Source of the DNA: the human T2T-CHM13v2.0 reference genome, Homo sapiens | Assembly (NCBI RefSeq): GCF_009914755.1 | Contig: NC_060927.1 | Direction: 5' to 3' (one strand) | DNA length: 64,000 nucleotides | Shown here: piece after piece, positions 30,652 through 46,000 of the stretch | How the letters are laid out: every line of letters begins with the position of its first letter | Numbering within the stretch: position 1 is the first letter of the stretch | The notes under the pieces: model-generated | Told to the model about the DNA's origin: nothing | Seen by the model: the letters and a program-made list of their open reading frames with translations, nothing else | The model's database searches: none | Translations under genes and position numbers: made by a program

Positions 30652-33600
30652 GCCACAAAGAGGTCAACGTATCCACTTGCAGAATCTACAAAAAGAGTAT
30701 TTCAAAACTGCTCCAACAAAAGGAATTTTCAACACTGAGTTGAATGCAAATATCATAAAGTAGTTTCTGACAATGCTTCTGTCTAGTTTTTATGTGAAGA
30801 TATTTCTTTTTCTACCATAGGCTTCAAAGCGCTCGAAATATACACATGCAAATTCCACAAAAAGAGTGTTTCAAAACTGCTCTACCAAAAGAAAGGTTAA
30901 ACTCTGTAAGCTAAATGCACACATCAAAAAGTAGTTTCTGACAATGATTCTGTCTAGTTTTTCTATGAAGATATTACCTTTTCTACCATACGCCTCAAAC
31001 CACTCTAAATATCCACTTAGAAATCCTACAAAAAGAGTATTTCCAAACTGCTCTATCGAAAGGTAGTTTCAACTCTGTGAGTTGAATGCACACATCACTA
31101 GTAAGTTTCTGATAATTCTTCTGTCACGTTTTATATGAAGAAACCCCATTTCCAAAAAAGCTGCCAAAAAGTCCAAATATTCACTTGCAGATTCTACAAA
31201 AGTAGTGTTTCAAAACTGCTCTATCAAAAGAAAGATTAAACTCTGTAAGTTGAATGCATACATCTCAAAGTAGTTTCTGTGAATGATTCTATTTTGTTTA
31301 TCTATGAAGATATTTCCTTTTCTACCACATGCCTCAAACCGCTCTAAATATACACTTGGAAATTCCACAAAAAGAGTATTTCAAAACTGCTCTATCGAAA
31401 GGAAGGTTCAATTCTGTGAGTTGAATGCACACATCACAAATATGTTTCTGAGAATTTTTCTGTCATGTTTTATAGGAAGAAATCCCGTTTCCAACCAAGG
31501 CCCCCAAAACTCCAAATATTCACTTGCAGGTTCTAAAAAAACAGTTTTTCAAAACTGCTCTATCAAAAGAAAGATTAAACACTGTGAGTTGAACGCACAC
31601 AGCACAATGTAGTTTCGGAGAATCATTCTGTCTAGTTTTTCTATGAAGATATTGTCTTTTCTACCGTAGGCCTCAATGGCGCTAAATATCCACGTGAAAA
31701 TTCTACCAAAATGGAGGATCAAAACTGCCCTTTCGAAAGGAAAGTTCAACTCTGTGAGTTGAAAGCAAACATCACAAAGAAGTTTCTGAGAATTCTTCTG
31801 TGTAGTTTTATACGAAGAAATCACGTTTCTAACGAAGACAACAAAGGGGTCCAAATATCCACTCGCAGATTCTACAAAAAGAGTGTTTCAAAGCTGCTCT
31901 ATCAAGAGGAATGTTCATCTCTGTGAGTTGAATGCAAATATCACAAAGTTGTTTCTGACGATGCTTCAATGTAGTTTTTATGTGAAGATATTCTCTTTTC
32001 TACCGTAGCCCTCAAAGAGCTCTAAATATACACTTGAAAATTCCACAAAAAGAGTGTTTCAAAACTGCTCTATCAAAAGAAAGTTTAAACACTGTTAGCT
32101 GAATGCACACATCACAAAGTAGTTTGTGAGAATGATTCTGTCTTCGTTTTCTATGAAGATATTTCCTTTTCTACCACAGGCCTCAAACCGCTCTAATTAT
32201 CCACTTGGAAATTCTTCAAAAAGAGTATTTCAGAAATGCTCTATTGTAAGGAAGGTTCAATATTGTGAGTTGAATGCACACATCACAAAGAAGTTTCTGA
32301 GAATTCTTCTGTCTGGTTTTACATGAAGAAATAGCATTTCAAATGAAGGCCACAAAGAGGTCAAAATATCCACTTGCAGATTCTACAAAAAGAGTGTTTC
32401 AAAACTGCTCTTTCAAGAGGAATATTCAACTCTGTGAGTTGAATGCAAATATCACAAAGTAGTTTCTGACAATGCTTCTGTCTAGTTTCTATGTGAAGAT
32501 AATTCCTTTACTACCGTAGGCCTCAAAGCGCTCTAAATATACGCTTGAAAATTCCACAAAAAGAGTGTTTCAAAACTGCTCTATCAAAAGCAATGTTTAA
32601 ATATGTGAGTTGAACGCACACACCACAAAGTAGTTTCTGAGAATCATTCTGTCTAATTTTTCTGTGAAGATATTTCCTTTTCTACCATAGCCCTCAAGCC
32701 GCTCTAACTATCCACTTGGAGATTCTACAAAAAGAGTATTTCATAACTGCTGTATCGAAAGGAGGGTTCAACTCTGTGAGTTGAATGCACACATCAAAAA
32801 GAAGTTTCTGAGAATTCTTCTGTCAAGTTTTATATGAAGAAATACTGTTTCCAACGAAGGCCTCAAAAAAAGTCCAAATATTCCAGTGCAGATTCTACAA
32901 AAAGTGAGTGTCTAAACTGCTCTATCAAAAGATGGCTAAACTCTGTGAGTGGAAGGCACACACCACAAAGTAGTTTCTGAGAATCAATCTGTCTAGCTTT
33001 TCTATGAAATTATTCACTTTTCTACCATAGGCGTCAAACTGTGCTAAATATCCCCTTGGAAATACTACAAAAAGAGAGTTTCAAAACTGCTGTATCGAAA
33101 GGAAGGTTCAACTCTGTGATTTGAAAGCACACGTCACCAACAAGTTTCTGAGAATCCTTCTTTCCAGGTTTATATGAAGAAATCCCGTTTCAAACGATGG
33201 CCGCAAGGTGGTCAACAAATCCACTTACAGAATCTTCAAAAAGAGTGTTTTAAAACTGCTCCATCAAGAGGAATGTTCATCTCTGTGAGTTGCATGCAAA
33301 TATCACAAGGTAGTTTCTGACAATGCTTCTGACAACTTTTTATGTGAAGATATTTCCTTTTCTACCGTAGTCATCAAAGCACTCTAAATATGCACTTGCA
33401 AATGGCAGAGAAAGAGTGTTTCAAAGCTGCTCTATCAAAAGAAAGGTTGAACTCTGTAAGCTGAATGCACACATCACAAAGCAGCTTCTGAGAATGATTC
33501 TGTCTAGTTTTTCTATGAAGATATTTTCTTTTCCACCAGAGACCTCAAACCGCACTAAATATCCACTTGGAAATTCTACAAAAAGAGTGTTTCAAAACTG

Positions 33601-33693
33601 CTCTATGGAAAGGAAGGTTCAACCCTGTGAGTTGAATGCTCACATCACAAAGAAGTTTCTGAGAATTCTTCTGTCAAGTTTTATATGAAGAAA

Positions 33694-36600
33694 TCCCGTT
33701 TCCAACGAAGGCCTCAAAAAAGTCCAAATATTCACTTGCAGATCCTACAAAAAGCGTGTTTCAAAACTGCTGTATCAAAATAAAGTTTAAACTCTGTGAG
33801 ATGAATGCACACATCACAGAGTTGTTTCTGAGAATCATTCTGTCTAGCTTTTCTATGAAGATATTGCCTTTTCTACCATAGGCCTCAAATGCCGTTAAAT
33901 ATCCACTTGGAATTTCTAAAAAAGGAGAGATTCAATGCTAATCTATCGAAAGGAAGGTTCAAACCTGTGAGTTGAATGCACACATCACAAAGAAGTTTCT
34001 GAGAATTCTTCTGTCTAGTTTTATATGAAGAAAACCCGTTTCCAACGAAGGACTCAAAAAAGTCCAAATATTCACTTGTAGGTTCTAAAAAAGAGCGTTT
34101 CAAATCTGCTCTACCAAAAGAAAGGTTAAACTCTGTGAGTTGAAAACACAAACCACAAAGTAGTTTCTGAGAATCATTCTTTCTGTCTAGTTTTTCTATG
34201 AATATATTGCCTTTTCTACCATAGGCCTCAAATGGCGCTAAATATACACTTGGAAATCTACAGAAAGAGAGTTTCAAAACTGCCCTATTGAAAGTAAGGT
34301 TCAACTCTGTGAGTTGAAAGCACACATCACAAAGAAGTTTCTGAGAATTCTTCTGTCTAGGTTTAGATGAAGAAATCACGTTTCAAAAGAAGGCCACATA
34401 GACATCCAAATATCCCCCTGCAGATTCTTCAAAAAGAGTGTTTCAAAACTGCTCTATCAAGAGGAATTGTCCACTCTGTGAGTTAAATGCAAGTATCACA
34501 AAGTAGTTTCTGACAATGTTTCTGTCTAGTTTTTATGTGAAAATATTTCCTTTTCTACCCTAGGCCTCAAACCGCTCTAAATATGCACTTGCAAATTCCA
34601 CAGAAAGAGTGTTTCAAAGCTGCTCTATCAAAAGAAAGGTTAAATTCTGTAAGCTGAACGCACACATCACAAAGTTGTTTCTGAGAATGATTCTGTCTAT
34701 TTTTTCAATGAATATATTTCCCTTTCTACCAGAGGCCTCAAACCGCACTAAATATCCACTTGGAAATACTACAAAAAGAGTATTTCAAAACTGCTCTATC
34801 GAAAGGAAGTTTCAACTCTGTGAGTTGAATGCTTACATCACAAAGAAGTTTCTGAGAATTCTTCTGTCAAGTTTTATATGGAGAAGTCCCGTATCCAACG
34901 AAGGCCTAAAAAACTCCAAATATTTACCTGCAGATTCTACAAAAAGTGTGTTTCAAAACTGCTCTATCAAAAGAAAGTTTAAACTCTGTGAGTTGAATGC
35001 ACGCAACACAGAGTTGTTTCTGAGAATCAATCTGTCTAGCTTTTCTATGAAGATATTGCCTTTTCTACCATAGGCCTCAAACCGTTCTAAGTATACACTT
35101 GGAAATTCTACAAAAAGAGTTTCAAAACTGCTCTATCAAAAGAAAGGTTAAATTCTGTAAGCTGAACGCACACATCACAAAGTCGTTTCTCAGAATGATT
35201 CTGTCTACTTTTTCAATGAAGATATTTCCTTTTGTGCCACCGGCCTGAAACCACTGTAAATATCCGTTGGAAAATTCTACGAAAAGAGTATTTCAAGACT
35301 GCTCTATCGAAAGGAAGGTTCAAGACTTTGAGTTGAATGCACACATCACAAAGAAGTTTCTGAGAATTCTTCTGTCAAGTTTTATTTGAAGAAATCCTGT
35401 TTCCAACAAAGCCCCAAGAAAGCCCAAATATTCACTTACAGACTCTACAAAAAGAGTGTTTCAAAACTGCTCTATCAAAAGAAAGAATAAACTCTGTGAG
35501 TTGAACGCACACATCACAAGGTACATTCAGAGTCATTCTGTCTAGTTTTTCTATGAACATATTGCCTTTTCTACCATCAGCCTCAAATTGCTCTAAATAT
35601 CCAGTTGGAAATTCTCCAAAAAGAGTATTTCGAAGCTGCTCTATCTGAAGGAAGGTTCAACTCTGTGAGTTGAATGATCACATAACAAAGAAGTTTCAGA
35701 GAATTCTTCTTTCTAGTTTTAAATGAAGAAATCACGTTTCAAACGAAGGCCACGAAGAGGTCCAAATATCCACTTGCAGATTCTACAAAAAGAGTGTTTC
35801 AAAACTGCTCTATAGAGAAGAAGATTCAGCCGTGTTAGTTGAATGCAAATATCACAAAGCAGATTCTGACAATGCTTCTGTCTAGTTTTTATATGAAGAT
35901 ATTTTATTTTCTAAGGTAGGCCTCAAAGCGCTCAAAATACACACTTGCAAATTTCGCAAAAAGAAGACTGTTTCAAAACTGCTCTATCAAAAGTAATGTA
36001 AAACTCTGTAAGCTGAATGCACACATCACAAAGCAGTTTCTGAGAATGATTCTGTCTAGGTTTTCAATGAAGATATTTCCTTTTCTACCACAGGCTTCAA
36101 ACCACTCTAAATACCCACTTGGAAAATCTACAAAAAGAGTATTTCAGAACTGCTCTATTCAACGGAAGGTTCAAATCTGTGAGATGAATGCACACATCAC
36201 AAAGAATTTTCTGAGAATTCTTCTGTGAAGTTTTAATGAAGAAATCCCGTTTCCAAAGAAGGCCTTAAGAAAGTCCAAATATTTACTTGCAGATTCCACA
36301 AAAAGAGTGTTTCAAAACTGCTCTATCAAAAGAAAGGTTAAACCCTGTGAGTTGAACACACACATCACAATGTAGTTTCTGAGAATCATTCTGTCAAGTT
36401 TTCCTATGAAGATATTTCCTTTTCTAGCACAGGCCTCAAACCGCTGTAAATATCCACTTGGAAATTCTAAACAAAGAGTATTTCAAAACTGCTGTATTGA
36501 AAGGAATGTTCAACTCTGTGAGTTGAAAGCCCACATCACAAAGTAGTTTCTGAGAATTCTTCTGTCCAGTTATATATGAAGAAATCACGTTTCAAACGAA

Positions 36601-39600
36601 GGCCACAAAGAGGTCCCAATATCCACTTGTAGACTGTGCAAAAAGAGTGTTTAAAAACCGCTCTATCAAGAGGAATGTTCAACTCTGTGAGTTGAATGCA
36701 AATATCACAAAGGAGTTTCTGACATTGCTTCTGTCTAGTTTTTATGGGAAGATATTTCCTTTTCTACCATAGGCCTCAAAGTGCACTAAATATACAATTG
36801 CAAATTCCACGAAAAGAGTGTTTCAAAACTGCTCTATCATAGGAAAGGTTAAACTCTGTAAGCTGAATGCACACATCACAAAGTAGTTTCTCAGAATGAT
36901 TCTGTCTGGTTTTCTTATGAAGATATTTCCTTTTTTACCCTAGGCCTCAAAACGCTCTAAATATACACTTGGAAATTCTACAAAAAGAGTATTTCAAAAC
37001 TGCACATTCAAAAGGAAGGTTCAAGTCTGTGAGTTGAATGCACACAACACAATATAGTTTCTGAAAATTCCTCTGTCAAGTTTTATATGAAGAAATCCCG
37101 TTTCCAACGAAGGCCTCAAAAAAGACCAAATATTCAATTGCAGATTCTAGAAAAACAGTGTTTCAAAACTCCTCTATCAATAGAAAGCTTAAATTCCGTG
37201 CATTCAATGCACACATCACAAAGTAGTTTCTGAGAATCATAATGACTACTTTTTCTATGAAGTTATTGCCTTCTCTATCATAGGCCTCAAACGGCGCTAA
37301 ATATCCACTTGGAAATTTTACAAAAGAGGAGATTCAAAACTGCTCTATTGAAAGGAAGGTTCAAATATTTGAGTTGAAAGGACACATCACAAAGAGCTTT
37401 CTGAGAATTCTTCTATCTAGTTTTAAATGAAGAAATCAAGATTCAAACGACGGCCACAAAGAGGTACAAATATCCACTTGTAGATTCGCAAAAGGAGAGT
37501 CTATAATCTGCTCTTTCAAGAATAATGTTCAACCCTGTGTGTTGAATGCAAATATCACAAAGTAGTTTCTGACAATGCTTCTGTCTAGTTTTTATGTGAA
37601 GATATTTCCTTTTCTACCGTATGCCTCAAAGCACTCTAAATATAAAATTGCAAATTCCACAAAAAGGGAGTTGCAAAACTGCTCTATCAAAAAGAAAGGT
37701 TAAACTCCTCAAGCTGAATGCACACATCAAAAGGTAGTTTCTGTGAATGATTCTGTCTAGTGTTTCTATGAAGATATTTCCTTTTCTAGCATAGGCGTCA
37801 AGCCACTCTAAATATCCAATCGGACATTTTACAAAAAGAGAATTTCAAAACTATTCTAACGAAAGGAAGGTTTACCACTATGAGTTGAATGCACACATCA
37901 GAAAGAAGTTTCTGAGAAATCTTCTGACAACTTGTATATGAAGAAATCACGTTTCCAAGGAAGGCCTCAAAAAAGTCCTACTATTCACTTGCAGATTCTA
38001 CAAAAAGAGAGTTTCAAAATTGCTCTATCTACATAAAGTTTAAACTCTCTGAGTTGAACGCACACATCACAAAGTAGTTTCTGAGAATCATTCTGTCTAC
38101 TTTTTCTACGAAGATATTGACTTTTCTACCCTAGGCCTCAAACGGCACTAAATATCCACTTGGAAATTCTACTAAAAGCGAGTTTCAAAACTCCTCTATC
38201 GAAAAGAAGGTTCAAATCGGGGAGTTGAAAGCTCACATCACAAAGGAGTTTCTGAGAATTATTCTGTCTCGTTTTTCACGAAGAAATCACGTTTCAAACG
38301 AAGGCCTCTAAGAGGTCCACATATCCACTTGCAGATTCTACAAAAAGAGTGTTTCAAAACTGCTCTATCAAGAGGAATATTCAACTCAGTGAGTTGAATG
38401 CAAATATCACTAAGTAGTTTCTGACAATGCTTCCGTCTAGTTTTTAGGTGAAGATATCTCCTTTTCTACTGTAGGCCTTATAGCGCTCTAAAAACACACT
38501 TGCAAATTCCACAAAAAGAGTGTTCAAAACTGCTCTATCAAAGAAAGGATAAACTCTGAAAGCTGAATACACACATCACAAAGTAGTTTATGAAAATGTT
38601 TCTATTTAGTTTCTCTACTAAGATATTTCCTTTACATCCCTAGGCCTCAAACCGTTCTAAATATCCACTTGGAAATTCTTCAAAAAGAGTATTTCAAAAC
38701 TGCCCTTTCAAAATGAAGGTTCAACTCTGTGAGTTGAATGCACACATCACAAAGAAGTTTCTGAGAATTCTTATGTCAACTTTTATATGAAGAAATCCCT
38801 TTTCCAACGAAGGCCTCAAAAAAGTCCAAATATTCACTTGCAGATTCTACAAAAAGAGTGTTTCAAAACTGCTCTACTAAAAGAAAATTTACACTCTGTG
38901 AGTTGAATGCACAAATAACAACGTAGTTTCTGAGAATCATTCTGTCTAGTTTTTCTATGAAGGTGTTGCCTTTTATACCTTTGGCCTCAAAGGGTGGTAA
39001 ATATCCACTTGGAAATTCTACATAAAGAAAGTTTCAAAACTGCTCTATCCAAAGAAAGTTTCAATTCTGTGAGTGGAAAGCACACATCACAAAGAAGTTT
39101 CTGGGAATTCTTCTCTCTAGTCTTACATGAAGAAATCACGTTTCAAACGAAGGCCAAAAAGAGGTCAAATATCCACTTGCAGATTCTACAAAAAGAGTAT
39201 TTCAAACTTCTCTATCAAGTGTAATGTTCAACTCTGTGAGTTGAATGCAAATATCACAAAGTAGTTTTTGACAATGCTTCTGTCTAGTTTTTATCTGAAG
39301 ATATATTCTTTTCTACAGTAGGCCTCAAAGAGCTCTAAATATAAACTTGCAAATTCCACAAAAGGAGTGTTTCAAAACTGCTCTATCAAAAGAAAAGTTA
39401 AACTCTGTAAGCTGAATGCACACATCACAAAGCAGTTTCTGAGAATGATTCTGTCTAGTTTTTCTATGAAGTTATTTCCTTTTCTACAATTGTCCTCCAA
39501 CCGCTCTAAGTACACACTTGGAAATTCTACAAAAAGAGTATTTCAAAACTGCTCCTTTGAAATGAAGGTTCAATTCTTTGAGTTGAATGCGCACATCACA

Positions 39601-39661
39601 AAAAAGTTTCTGAGAATTCTTCTGTGAAGTTTTATATGAACAAATCCCGTTTCCATCGAAG
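33694..39661 (-). promoter_or_regulatory. CENP-B boxes with intact core at 33694, 34034, 34887, 37096 and 39645
   Basis: Exact or core-preserving variants of cccgtttccaacgaa. Confidence 0.88.
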
Positions 39662-39959
39662 GCCTCAAAAAAGTCCAAATATTAACTTGCGGATTATACA
39701 AAAACAGTGTCTCAAAACTGCTCTATCAAAACAAAGTTTAAACTCTGTGAGTTGAACGCACACATCACAAAGTAGTTTATGAGAATCATTTTGTCTAGTT
39801 TCTCTATGAAGATGTTTCCTTTTCTACCGTAGGGTTCAAACGGCACTAAATACCAACTTGGAAATTCTACAAAAAGAGAGTTTCAAAACTGCTCTATCCA
39901 AAGGAAGGTTCAAATCTGTAAGTTGAAAGCACACATCACAAAATGTTTCTGAGAATTCT

Positions 39960-41240
39960 TCTGCCTAGATTTATATGAAAAAATCATGTTTAAAAAGAAG
40001 GCCACAAAGAAGTCCAAATATCCACTTGCGGATAATACATAAAGAGCGTTTCAAAACTGTTCTATAAAGAGGAATGTTCAACATCGTGAGTTGAATGCAA
40101 ATATCCAAAGAATTTTCTGACAATGCTTCTGTCTAGTTTTTATGTGAAGATATATCCTTTTCTACCTTAGACCACAAAGCGCTCTAAATATACACTTGCA
40201 AATTCCACAAAAAGAGTGTTTCAAAAGTGCTCTATCAAAATAAAGGTTAAATTCTGTAAGCTGAATGCAAACTTCACGAAGTAGTTTCTGAGAATGATTC
40301 TGTCTAGTTTTTCTATGAAGATATTTCCTTTTCTACCATAGGCTTCAAACCGCTCTAAATAGCCACTTGGAAAAAATAAAAGAAGAGAATTTCAAAACTG
40401 TTCTATTGAAAAGAAGGTTCAAACATTTGAGTTGAATGCACATATCACAAAGAATTTTCTGAGAATTCTTCTGTCAAGTTTATATGAAGAAATCCCGTTT
40501 CCAAAGAAGGCCTCAAAAAAGTTCAAATATTCACTTGCACATACTGCAAAAAGAGTGTTTCAAAACTGCTCTATCAAAAGAAAGGTTAAATTCTGTGACT
40601 TGAACGCACACATCACAAAGTAGTTTCTGAGAATCATAATGTCTAGTTTTCTATTTGCTTTTCAACCGTAGACCTCAAAAGGCGGCAAATATCCACTTGG
40701 AAATTCTACAAAAAGAGAGTTTCGAAACTGCCCTGTCGAAAGGAAGGTTCGACTATGTGAGTTGAAAGCATACATCACAAATATGTTTCTGAGACTTCTT
40801 CTGTATAGTTTTAGAAGAAGAAATCACGTTTCAAATAAAGGCTACAAAGAGGTCCAAATATCCACCTGGAGATTCTACAAAATGAGTGTTTCAAAACTGC
40901 TCTATCAAGAGGAATGTTCAACTCTGTAAGATGAATGTAAATATCACAAAGTAGTTTCTGACAATGCTTGTCTAGTTTTTATGTGAAGATATTTCCTTTT
41001 ATACGGTAGGCCTCAAAGCGCTCTATATATACACTTGCAAATTCCCCAAAAGACTGTTTTAAAACTGCTCTATGAAAAGGAAGGCTAACCTCTGTCAGCT
41101 GAATGCACACATCAGAAATAGTTTCGGAGAATGATTCTGTCTAGTTTTTCTATGAAAATATTTCCTTTTCTAGCATAGGCCTCAAACTGCTCTAAATATC
41201 CAGTTGGAAATTCTACAAAAAGAGAATTTCAAAACTGCTC
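39960..41240 (+). repeat. Older ~1.3-kb duplication, copy 1 (partner ~61610-62900)
   Basis: Shared private strings gataatacataaagag, ccctgtcgaaagg, atatgtttctgagacttc, cacctggagattc and tatgaaaaggaaggctaac occur in the same order. Confidence 0.88.
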
Positions 41241-43026
41241 TATCAAAAAGAAGGTTTAACACTGTGAGTTGAATGCGCACATCACAAAACAGTTTCTGAG
41301 AATTCTTCTGTCAAGTTTTCTATGAAGAAATCCCATTTCCAAAAAAGGCCTCCAAAAAGTCCAAATATTCACTTGCAGATTCTACAAAAAGACTGTTTCA
41401 AAAAAGCTCTATCAAAAGAAACGTTAAACTCTGTGAGTCGTAAGCAAACATCACAAAGAAGTTTCTCAGAATCATTCTATCTAGTTTTTCTTAAAAGATA
41501 TTTCCTTTTCTACCATAGGCCTCAAACGGCACTAAATATCGACTTGGAAATTCTACAAAAAGAGAGTTTCTAAACTCCTCTATCGAAAGAAAGTTTCAAC
41601 TCTGTGAGTTGAAAGCACACATCACAAAGAAGTTTCTGAGAATTCTTCTGTGTAGTTTTATACGAAGAAATCACGTTTCAAACGAACGCCACAAAGAGGT
41701 CCAAATATCCGATTGCAGATTGTACAAAAAGAGTGATTCAAAACTCCTCTATCAAGAGGAATTTTCAACTCTGTGAGTTGAATGCAAATATCACAAAGTA
41801 GTTTCTGACAATGCTTCTGTCTAGTTTTCATGTGAAGATATTTCCTTTTCTACCATAGGCCTCAAAACACTAAAATATACACTTGCAAATTGCAGAAAAA
41901 GAGTGTTTAAAACTGCGATATCAAAAAGAATGGTAAACACTTAAGCTGAATGCACACATCACAAAGTAGTTTCTGAAAATGATTCTATCTTGTTTTTCTA
42001 TGAAGATATTTCTTTTTCTACCATAGGCCTCAAACGGAACTAAATATCCACTTTGAAATTCTACAAAAAGAGTATTTCAAAACTGCTCTATCAAAAGGAA
42101 ATTTCAACTCTCTGAGTTGAATGCAAACCTCCCAAATAAGTTTCTGAGAATTCTTCTGTCAAGTTTTATGAAGAAATCCCGTTTCCAACGGAGGCCTCAA
42201 AAAAGTAGAAATATTCACCTGCAGATTCTACAATAAGAGTGTTTCAAAACTGCTCTATCAAAAGAAAGATTAAACCCAGTGAGTTGAAAGCACACATCAC
42301 AAAGTAGTTTCTGAGAATCATTCTGTCTAGTTTTCCTATGAAGATATTGCCTTTTCTACCATAGGCCTCAAACGGCGATAAATATCAACTTGGAAATTAT
42401 ACAAGAAGAGAGTTTCAAAACACCTCTATGGAAAGGAAGGTTCAACTCTGTGAGTTAAAAGCACACATAACAAAGAAGTTTCTGAGAACTCTTCTGCCTA
42501 GTTTTATATGAAGAAATTACGTTTCAAACGAATGCCACAAAGAGGACAAAATAATCAATTGCAGATTCTACAAAAAGAGTATTTCAAAACTGCTCTATCA
42601 AGAGGAATGTTCAACTCTGTGAGTTGAATGCAAATATCACAAAGTAGTTTCTGACAATGCTTCTGTCTAGTTTTTATGTGAAGATATTTCCTTTTCGACG
42701 TAGCCTTCAAAGAGCTCTAAATATATACTTTCAAATTCCACAAAAGCAGTGTTTCAAAACTGCTCTATCAAAAGTAAGGTTAATCTCTGTCAGCTGAATG
42801 CAAAAATCACAAAGTAATTTCTGAGAATGATCCTGTCTCGTTTTTCTATGAAGATATTTCCTTTTCTACCAGAGGCCTCAAACGGAGCTAAATATAAATT
42901 TGGAAATTATACAAAAACAGTATTTCAAAACTGCTCTTTCGAAAGGAAGGTTCAAAACTGTTAGTTGAATGCACACATCACAAAGAAGTTTCTGAGAATT
43001 CTTCTGTTCAATTTTATATGAAGAAA

Positions 43027-46000
43027 ACCCGTTTCCAACGAAGGCTTCAAAAAAGTCCAAATATTCACTTGCAGATTCCACAAAAACATTGTTTCAAAAC
43101 TGCTCTATCAACAGAAAGGTGAAACCCTTTGAGTTGAACGCACACCTCACAAAGTAGTTTCTGAGAATCATTCTGTGTAGTTTTTTTATGAAGATATTGC
43201 CTTTTCAACGATAGGCCTCAAACGACGCTAAATATCCACTTGGAAGTTCTACAAAAAGAGTTTCAAAACTGCTCTATCGAAAGTAAGGTTCAACTCTGTG
43301 AGTTGAAAGCACACATCACAAAGAAGTTTCTGAGAATTCTTCTGTCTTGTTCTATATGAAGAAATCACGTTTCAAAAGAACGCCACAAAGAGGTCCAAAT
43401 ATTTAATTGCAGATTCTACAAAAAGAGTGTTTTAAAACTGCACTATCAAGAGGAATGTTCAACTCTGTGAGTTGAATGCAAATATCACAATGTAGTTTCT
43501 GACAATGCCTCTGTCTGGTTTTTATGTGAAGATATTTCCTTTTCTATGGTAGACCACGAAACGCTCGAACTATACACTTGGAAATTACACAAAAAGAGTG
43601 TTTCATAACTGCTCTATCAAAAGAAAGGTTAAATTCTGAAAGCTGTATGCATATTTCACAAACAAGTTTCTGATAATGATTCTGTCTTGTTTTTCTACGA
43701 AGATATTTCCATTTCTACCATAGGCTTCAAACCGCAATAAATATCCACATGGAAATTCTACAAAAAGAGTATTTCAAAACTGCTCTGTCGAAATGAAGGC
43801 TCAACTCTGTGACTTGAATGCAGATATCACCAAGAAGTTTCTGAGAATTCTTCCCTGAAGTTTTATTTGAAGAAATCCCATTTCCAAAGAAGGCCTAAAA
43901 AAAGTCCAAATATTCACTTGCAGATTCTACCAAAAGTGTGTTTCAAAACTGCTCTATCAAAAGAAACGTTAAACCCAGTGCATTGAATGCACACATCACA
44001 AAGTTGTTTCTGAGAATCATTCTGTCTAGTTTTTCTATGAAGATATTGCCTTTTCTACCATAGACCTCAAACGGCTCTAAGTATCCACTTGGAAATCCTA
44101 CAAAAGGAGAGTTTCAAAGCTGCTCTATCGATAGAAAGATTCAACTCTGTGATTTGAAAGCATATATCACAAAGAAGTTTCTGAGAATTCTTCTGTCTAG
44201 TTTTATATGAAGAAATCACGTTTGAAACGAAGGCCACAAAGAGGTCCAAATATCCACTTGCAGATTCTAGAAAATGAGTGTTTCAATACTGCTCTATCAA
44301 GAGGAAAGTTCAACTCTGTGAGTTGAATGCAAACATCACAAAGTAGTTTCTGACAATTCTTCTGCCTAGTTTTTACCTGGAGATATTTCCTTTTCTACCA
44401 TAGGCCTCAAAGCTCTCTAACTATACACTTACAAATTCCACAAAAGCAGTGTTTCAAAACTGCTCTATCAAAAGAAAGCTTAAACTCTGTTAGCTGAATG
44501 CACACATCACAAAGTAGTTTCTGAGAATTATTCCGTCTAGTTTTTCTAGGAAGATATTTCCTTTTTTACAATAGGCCTCAAACCGCTCTAAATATCCACT
44601 TGGAAATACTTCAAAAAGAGTATTTCAAAACTGATCTATCGAAAGGAAGGTTCAACTCTGTGAGTTGAATGCACAAGTCTCAAAGAAGTGTCTCTGAATT
44701 CTTCTGCCAAGTTTTATATGAAGAAATGACGTTTCCAACGAAGGCTCCAAAAAGTCCAAATACTTACTTGCAGATCCTACAAAAATAGTGTTTCCAATGT
44801 GCTCTATCAAGACGAATGTTCAACTCCATTAGTTGAACGCAAATATCACAAAGTAGTTTCTGACAATGCTTCTGTCTAGTTTTTAATTGAAGATATTTCC
44901 TTTTCTACTGTAGTCCTCAAACCTCTATAGATATGCACTTGCAAATACCAAAAAAAAGAGTGTTTCAAAACTGTTCTATCAAAAGAAAGTTTAAACTTTG
45001 TTAGCTGAATGCACACATCACAAAGTTGTTTCTGAGAATGATTTTGTCTAGTTTTTTTTTGAAGATAATTCCCTTTCTACCATAGGCCTCAAACCAGTCT
45101 AAATATCCACTGGGAAATAGTACAGAAAGAGTATTTCAAAATTGCTCTATTGAAAGGAAGGTTCAACTCTGTGAGTTGAAAGCACACATCGCAAAGAAAC
45201 TTCTGAGAATTCTTCTGTAAGATTTATATCAAGAAATCCCGTTTCCAACCAAGGCCTCAAAAATGTCCAAATATTCACTTGCACATTCTACACAAAGAGT
45301 GTTTCAAAACTGCTCTGTCAAAAGAAAGTTAAAACTCAGTGAATAGAACTCACACATGAGAATATAGTTTCTGAGAATCATTCTGTCTAGTTTTTCTATG
45401 AAGATATTTCCTTTTCTACCATAGGCCTCAAGCGATGCTAAATAGCCACTTGGAAATTCTACAAAAACCGAGCTTCAAAACTGCTATATTGAAAGGATGT
45501 TTCAAATCTGTGAGTTGAAAGCACTCATCACAATGAAGTTTCTGAGAATTTTTCTGTCTAGTTTTATATGAAGAAATCACGTTTCAAACGAACGCCACAA
45601 AGAGGTCAATATATCCACTTGCAGATTCTACAAACAGAGTGTTTAAAGCTGCTCTATCAAAAAAAAAAAGGTTAAACTCTGTGAGTTGAACGCACACATT
45701 ACAAAGTAGTTTCTGAGAACCATTCTTTCTAATTTTTCTATGAAGATATTGCCTTTTCAACCACAGGCCTCAAATGGCGCTAAATATCCACTTGGAAATC
45801 TACAAAAAGAGAGTTTTAAACTGATCTATCGAAAGGAAGGTTCAACTCTGGGAGTTGAATGCACACATCACAAAGAAGTTTCTGAGAATTCTTCTGTCAA
45901 GTTTTACATGAAGAAATCCCGTTTCCAACGAAGGCCTCAAAAAAGTCCAAATATTAATTTGCAGATCCTACAAAAATAGTGTTTCAAAACTGCTCTATCA

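Noticed and set aside
45655-45672. A-run as a retroposon poly(A) remnant
   Set aside because: It is a simple expansion of the native tcaaaagaaagg tract; the monomer continues in register.
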